Assembly (NCBI RefSeq): GCF_000253055.1
Contig: NC_016070.1
Span: 30,001 to 62,000, forward strand
DNA: 32,000 nucleotides
Direction of reading: 5' to 3'
Source: Thermoproteus tenax Kra 1
Lineage (GTDB): Archaea; Thermoproteota; Thermoprotei; Thermoproteales; Thermoproteaceae
Positions 27,558 to 32,000 of this stretch are shown here, piece after piece. The position numbers and the translations under genes were made by a program. Position 1 is the stretch's first letter; each line of letters begins with the position of its first letter. Under the pieces are notes generated by a model. The model saw only the letters and a list, made by a program, of their open reading frames with translations. It was not told where the DNA came from and made no database searches.

Positions 27558-28682
27558 TTGGGGCTCGTGGCCGTCGCAGTGTTGTTGGCCATCATAGCGG
27601 CCTCGATCGCTCTGACGGGGGTCGGCCTCTACCGAGAGTGGAAGTTCTGGTCCTCCGACGAGCGTTTCCCACAGTCGTGTAAAAGCGTGGACGTGATAGT
27701 GCCCCTCAAGGGCGCTCCCCAGGGCTTGGAGGAAAACCTATCGGCGATAGTCGGCCAGAGGACGACGGCGCGCCCCAGATACATCTTCGTGGTAGACGAC
27801 GAGGGAGACCCGGCGTATTCCCTGGCCTCTAAATTCGGCGAAGTGGTTGTGGCGGGCAGAAGGGACGACGTGCCTGGGAAGAGCTGGGCGCTGGCGAGGG
27901 CTCTCGGGAGAGTCTCGGGTGACTGCGTGGTTTTAGCCGACGACGATATAAGGCCCGGCCCACAGTGGCTGGAATCGCTCACAGCCCCGCTCTCGACATA
28001 CGAGGCGTCTACGACCTATAGATGGTATGTGGGCAGAGGCCTGTGCACGCGGGCTAGAGCTGCCGTGAGCAACACGGCGTTTACGGCCATGCAACACCCC
28101 AAGTCTAGGTTCCTCTGGGGCGGCTCCATGGCTTTGAGGAGGGAGGTGGTGCACAAGGGCGGCCTGCCCGAGAGGCTGCCTAGGTATATAAGCGATGACT
28201 ACGCAGTATATGAGACTGTCAGAGAGCTTGGGGGGAGGATCTGGTTCTCCAAGGCGGCAATTGCGCCGACTCCGGACCCCGAGTGTAGATGGAAGGACAT
28301 GTTCAAGTGGGCCGTGAGACAGATACTGATGGTGAAGTGGTACTCCAGAAGGGGGTGGATCGCGGGGCTCGTAATATATACACTGGGCTTTGTTTTCGGC
28401 ATCGTTGTGCCAACAGCTGGGTTGGCCTTAGGTGAGCCCGCGCTCTCCCTAGGCTTCGTCCTCCCTCTATTGAACTTAGCCAAGGACTTCGTTAGAGCCA
28501 GAGGGGTCGAGAGATGGACTGGTGTGAGGACGCGCGCGGGCGAGGTCTTGGCCACTTGGGCTCTGGGCAATCTAGTGATACCAGCGACGATCTGGGCCTC
28601 GGCGTTTGTGAAATGCGTGGTCTGGAGGGGGCGGAGATACTGTGAGGGGGACGCCAAGAGGCTCGTAGTGAACTTTAAGTAG
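27558..28682 (+). CDS. Membrane glycosyltransferase family 2/21-like
   Basis: VDVIVPLKGAPQGLEENLSAI, YIFVVDDEGDPAYSL, GDCVVLADDDIRPGPQWL, WGGSMALRREVV, with C-terminal membrane segments. Confidence 0.85.
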   Translation: MGLVAVAVLLAIIAASIALTGVGLYREWKFWSSDERFPQSCKSVDVIVPLKGAPQGLEENLSAIVGQRTTARPRYIFVVDDEGDPAYSLASKFGEVVVAGRRDDVPGKSWALARALGRVSGDCVVLADDDIRPGPQWLESLTAPLSTYEASTTYRWYVGRGLCTRARAAVSNTAFTAMQHPKSRFLWGGSMALRREVVHKGGLPERLPRYISDDYAVYETVRELGGRIWFSKAAIAPTPDPECRWKDMFKWAVRQILMVKWYSRRGWIAGLVIYTLGFVFGIVVPTAGLALGEPALSLGFVLPLLNLAKDFVRARGVERWTGVRTRAGEVLATWALGNLVIPATIWASAFVKCVVWRGRRYCEGDAKRLVVNFK

Positions 28683-28701
28683 CTGAGCGGCGGGAGCAAA
28701 T

Positions 28702-29004
28702 ATGCCTTGTGTGAACGAGGAGGAGGCCATAAAGGCGGCCAAAAAGGAGGCCTTCGGAGTCCTCTCGTCGTTGAGGAGGCCGGATACAGTCGCAGTGAGG
28801 ATAGGCGAGGATTGGCTGGTGGGCTTCGTCTCTGCGAAGCACCAAGGCAATGTGACGAAGGCGGAGATAAAGTGGGTCTACGTCGACTGCAAGGGGGTCG
28901 CCCTCAACACCATACCCTCTGACGTCAACGACGTCCTGGGGCAGATCTCGGACTCGCTCCACGAGATAATCAAGAGGGAGCTGGAGTCCAGAGTCAGGAA
29001 ATGA
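28702..29004 (+). CDS. Small hypothetical protein (100 aa)
   Basis: ORF overlapping the next start by ATGA; co-oriented with both neighbours. Confidence 0.65.
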   Translation: MPCVNEEEAIKAAKKEAFGVLSSLRRPDTVAVRIGEDWLVGFVSAKHQGNVTKAEIKWVYVDCKGVALNTIPSDVNDVLGQISDSLHEIIKRELESRVRK

Positions 29005-29906
29005 TCTTGGCCATCGACGTAGGCGCCACTTGGACTAGAGTCCTTCTGGTGAGCAGAGATGGGCGAGTGGAGAGGAGGGAGAAGTTCCGAACCGACGAGA
29101 GCCCGGTTGAGAAGGCAGCGAGACTGGTCGAGGGCTGGGAGTTCGAGGCCATCGGCGTGGGCTCCATCGGGCCCATGGACCTCAGGAGGGGCTGGGTTAC
29201 TGCGTCTCCCAATTCGCCCTCAAAGAGCTTTCCCCTGGTTGAGCCTTTGCTTAAGTTCAAGAGGCCGGTCTACGTGGCCAACGACTGCGTTGCCGCCGCC
29301 TGGGGCGAGTATGTGCTGGGCGGCTGGGGCGTAGACAACCTGGCGTATCTGACTCTTTCCACAGGCTTGGGCGTAGGAGCAGTGGTGAACGGCCATCTGA
29401 TCTTGGGCAAGGAGGGCAACGCCCACGAGTTGGGCCACGCCGTGTTGGACGTTAGGGGGGACGTAAAATGCGGCTGCGGCGGCTTGGGCCACTGGGAGGC
29501 TATGGCTGGCGGGGCCAATATACCTAGCTATTTCAGAGTGTTCGCCGCTAGGTTGGGCCTCAGGGCGCCCGAGGTTAGAACGGCGGAAGATGTATTCAAG
29601 CTGTACAGAGAGGGGGACCGTGTGGCTCAGATGTTCGTAGACCACTGGGTGGACGTAAACGCCGCCGGCATCGCCACGATAACTGCGGCCTACGACCCCG
29701 AGGTTCTCGTGGTGGGCGGGTCTATAGCTCTAAATCATTGGGATCTGGTGGAGGCCGCGGTCGACCGTCTTAAGAAGTATACTCCTCTGACGCCGCCGGC
29801 GCTGGAGAAGGCAAAGTTCGGCGACGACGAGGTGGCGATGGGCGCAGCCGCCCTCGCCATAAGGCCGCCGGATACTCTGAAGAAGTTCGGGTATCCCAGA
29901 TTCTGA
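29001..29906 (+). CDS. ROK family sugar kinase (ATP-dependent glucokinase/hexokinase-like)
   Basis: AIDVGATWTRVLLV, GSIGPMDLRRGWVTASPNSP, VYVANDCVAAAWGEY, NAHELGHAVLDVRGDVKCGCGGLGHWEAMAGG, VVGGSIAL. Confidence 0.9.
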   Translation: MILAIDVGATWTRVLLVSRDGRVERREKFRTDESPVEKAARLVEGWEFEAIGVGSIGPMDLRRGWVTASPNSPSKSFPLVEPLLKFKRPVYVANDCVAAAWGEYVLGGWGVDNLAYLTLSTGLGVGAVVNGHLILGKEGNAHELGHAVLDVRGDVKCGCGGLGHWEAMAGGANIPSYFRVFAARLGLRAPEVRTAEDVFKLYREGDRVAQMFVDHWVDVNAAGIATITAAYDPEVLVVGGSIALNHWDLVEAAVDRLKKYTPLTPPALEKAKFGDDEVAMGAAALAIRPPDTLKKFGYPRF

Positions 29907-29972
29907 GCGTTTGTCTCTGCCAACAGACCGCTCCCCCTCCGTCGGCTCGAACGATATAAAACGTTATGAAAG

Positions 29973-30067
29973 TGCGGGGGCCGGGATTTGAACCCGGGTC
30001 CTCCCGGTTATGAGCCATACGCGGGACTTCGTCCCTGGGCGCTCCAACCAGGCTGAGCTACCCCCGC
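29973..30067 (-). tRNA. tRNA-Met(CAT), elongator-like, with a 20-nt intron at 29/30
   Basis: Acceptor GCGGGGG/CCCCCGC, T arm CCGGG-TTCAAAT-CCCGG. Mature anticodon arm CCCGG-CTCATAA-CCGGG is restored only when AGGGACGAAGTCCCGCGTAT (30017-30036) is removed; BHB helices GCGC/GCGU and GGGAC/GUCCC. TATA-like attttttaaatttt about 26 nt upstream. Confidence 0.92.
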
Positions 30068-30134
30068 AAGAAGAAATAGCGCGCGATTTTTTAAATTTTG
30101 CCGGCGATCGCGCGAAAGAGATAAAGCGGGCCAG

Positions 30135-30207
30135 TGGGCCCGCCGGGATTCGAACCCGGGATCTCCCGCGCGTGAGGCGGGCATCCTAGCCGCTAGACTA
30201 CGGGCCC
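30135..30207 (-). tRNA. tRNA-Val(CAC), no intron
   Basis: Acceptor GGGCCCG/CGGGCCC, anticodon arm CCCGC-CTCACGC-GCGGG, T arm CCGGG-TTCGAAT-CCCGG. TATA-like atttttaag about 26 nt upstream. Confidence 0.94.
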
Positions 30208-30256
30208 TTGACGCCATCTCCACACTCTATTTTTAAGTATTTTTGCCCGTTTATCC

Positions 30257-30412
30257 CTAGGCGCTCATTATTGACAACCTTTGACTCGCGCCCAGGGACT
30301 TCCTCCTCGTCCGCGCCTTCACGGGCACCCGAGGTGCCTCCGGCGCGGCGCCATCGGGCATGGGGGGCAACGGCACTGCCCCCTCTCCTCCAGTCGGGGC
30401 AGAGCCCCTCAT
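30257..30412 (-). other. Candidate small leaderless ORF (51 aa) and/or structured RNA
   Basis: Minus-strand ATG at 30412 reads MRGSAPTGGEGAVPLPPMPDGAAPEAPRVPVKARTRRKSLGASQRLSIMSA*, preceded by TATA-like CTTAAATAC about 26-32 nt upstream. Also contains several strong hairpins. Confidence 0.35.
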
Positions 30413-30592
30413 GGAACTGCCCCTCACCGCCGTACACGTATTTAAGCCCTCCGCCCGCGCCGAAGACGCAGGGTTTTCCTCAACGATAAGAAGTATGAAA
30501 CAGCCTCAGTGGCGCTCTTTGGCCCAGAGCGACGGCTCTATAGTCGTTTAAGCCGCAAGAGAGGCGGTGCACTCTTCCGTTTCTCAACTCCT

Positions 30593-30619
30593 TAGCGCCG
30601 TATCTCACTAACGGCGCTA
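30593..30619. repeat. Perfect 9-bp inverted repeat with 9-nt spacer
   Basis: tagcgccgt-atctcacta-acggcgcta, in the gap upstream of the radical SAM gene. Confidence 0.85.
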
Positions 30620-30703
30620 TAGAGCTGTTCCTCCATATACGGCATAGGTCGGGGCGCCTTTTCTAACTCGCTGTCGATAAGGCACTACATCGGAGAAATT
30701 TGC

Positions 30704-31876
30704 GTGTCCCGGCACGGCGAGCTCGACGAGAGGGATCAGCAGATAAATATAGTAGTCGACAAAGACATGGATCCCCGCAAGCTCGCCGCAGAGTTCGACA
30801 GAAGGCCTCTGCTGGTGTTCTGGGAGTCCACTAAGGCGTGCCCGCTGGCGTGTAAACATTGTAGAGCCGACGCGATATTGAGGCCGTTGCCGGGGGAGTT
30901 GGCCACTTGGGAGGCTAAGGCGCTGTTTGAGCAGATTACTGAGTTCGGCAAGCCGTATCCAGAGGTCATAATCACGGGAGGCGACCCTCTAATGAGGATG
31001 GACCTCTTCGAGCTCCTAGATTACGCAAAGGAGCTGGGGCTGCCGGTCTCGCTCGCCCCAGCTGTCTCTAAGAACTTGTTGGACGCCGTACCCGAGCTCA
31101 GAGGGAGAATAAAGAGCGCCTCGGTGAGCCTCGATGGGCTTAAGGCGACGCACGAGGAGATCAGGGGGGTCCCCGGGATATTCGACCAGACTCTGGAGGC
31201 GATTAAGGCGCTTCTCGGCGAGGGGATAAAGGTCCAAGTAAATACATTGGTATGGCGCAAGTCTCTACAGGAGCTTCCCGACGTCCTGAAGCTCATATAT
31301 GATCTAGGCGTGAGAGTGTGGGAGGTCTTCTTCCTGATAGAGACGGGGCGCGCCGTTAAGTCCCTCGACATAACGCCGCAGGAGTACGAGGACGTTGTCC
31401 AGTTCTTGGTCGACGTCTCAAGATACGGCGTCCAAGTAAGGACCGTTGAGGCGCCCTTTTACAGGAGGGCCAAGAGGTTGAGAGCCCAGGGGATGGCGTA
31501 CAGCTCGCCCCTATACGATAGGTTAGTCTCTAGGCTAAGGGAATTGATGGGAGATCCGCAGAGGCCCTTGGACCCAGCCGTAGTGCCCACCAGGGATGGC
31601 CACGGCATTATCTTCGTCGCATACGATGGGACTGTGTTTCCCAGCGGCTTCCTCCCCTATCCCCTAGGGAACGTGAGGAGGGAGTCCCTCGTCAAGATAT
31701 ACAGAGAGCACCCGCTTTTGTTGAAGATGAGACGGGGGGAGTTCGGCGGAAGATGCGGCGTCTGTGAGTTCAGAGACATCTGCGGCGGGTCTAGGGCGAG
31801 GGCGTTCGCCGCATTTAAGGATCCCTTGGCCGAGGATCCAGCTTGTATATATATACCAAACAAAAAATCTAATTAA
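30704..31876 (+). CDS. Radical SAM/SPASM-like protein (AhbC/AhbD/NirJ-like heme or peptide-modifying class)
   Basis: CPLACKHC (CxxxCxxC) motif, VIITGGDPLMRMD, ASVSLDG and C-terminal CGVCEFRDICGGSRARAFAAF auxiliary cluster motif. Initiates at GTG 30704. Confidence 0.9.
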   Translation: MSRHGELDERDQQINIVVDKDMDPRKLAAEFDRRPLLVFWESTKACPLACKHCRADAILRPLPGELATWEAKALFEQITEFGKPYPEVIITGGDPLMRMDLFELLDYAKELGLPVSLAPAVSKNLLDAVPELRGRIKSASVSLDGLKATHEEIRGVPGIFDQTLEAIKALLGEGIKVQVNTLVWRKSLQELPDVLKLIYDLGVRVWEVFFLIETGRAVKSLDITPQEYEDVVQFLVDVSRYGVQVRTVEAPFYRRAKRLRAQGMAYSSPLYDRLVSRLRELMGDPQRPLDPAVVPTRDGHGIIFVAYDGTVFPSGFLPYPLGNVRRESLVKIYREHPLLLKMRRGEFGGRCGVCEFRDICGGSRARAFAAFKDPLAEDPACIYIPNKKSN

Positions 31877-32000
31877 AAGAAAAATTGAAAAATGTAAAAT
31901 AATAAATTAATTATTGATAATAAATATTTTATTAAAGAAAGAGTAATATCTATATAGGTATATTGAGTAGTTATAAATAATTGCGATATTAGATACATGG

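Noticed and set aside
1-32000. Search for CRISPR arrays, insertion sequences, transposases, integrases and toxin-antitoxin pairs.
   Set aside because: No regularly spaced direct repeats, no terminal inverted repeats flanking a transposase-like ORF and no integrase-like protein seen; the tRNA genes show no attachment-site duplication that I could spot.

Overview
This 32 kb window looks like chromosome from a hyperthermophilic crenarchaeon of the Thermoproteus/Pyrobaculum type. That lineage call is an inference from tRNA introns, TATA boxes spaced for leaderless transcription and gene content, not a database match. Main contents: a [NiFe] hydrogenase large subunit with its maturation protease; a nucleotide pyrophosphatase-like enzyme; a PfpI-like protein; a RimK/LysX-like ATP-grasp ligase next to carB; an MFS transporter; an MBL hydrolase; a five-gene respiratory molybdoenzyme module (NrfD, molybdopterin subunit, Fe-S subunit, TorD-like chaperone, polyferredoxin) next to an HTH gene; an RNase Z-like protein; a sugar-type ABC transporter with both permease halves fused in one ORF; several conserved-looking hypotheticals; a glycosyltransferase; a ROK kinase; and a radical SAM/SPASM protein. 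Four tRNA genes can be folded by eye: Arg-TCG (18-nt intron), Gly-GCC (two introns, one in the D arm), Met-CAT (20-nt intron at 29/30) and Val-CAC (no intron). The most interesting unexplained signal is a TATA-driven, highly paired, apparently noncoding region at about 20496-20640. A second structured intergenic candidate lies at 25681-25777, and a structured or small-ORF region lies at 30257-30445. I see no CRISPR array, IS element or defence system. I cannot claim a wholly new multi-gene system here; the best novelty candidates are the ncRNA, the fused permease with an AT-rich mosaic segment, and the multi-intron tRNA.
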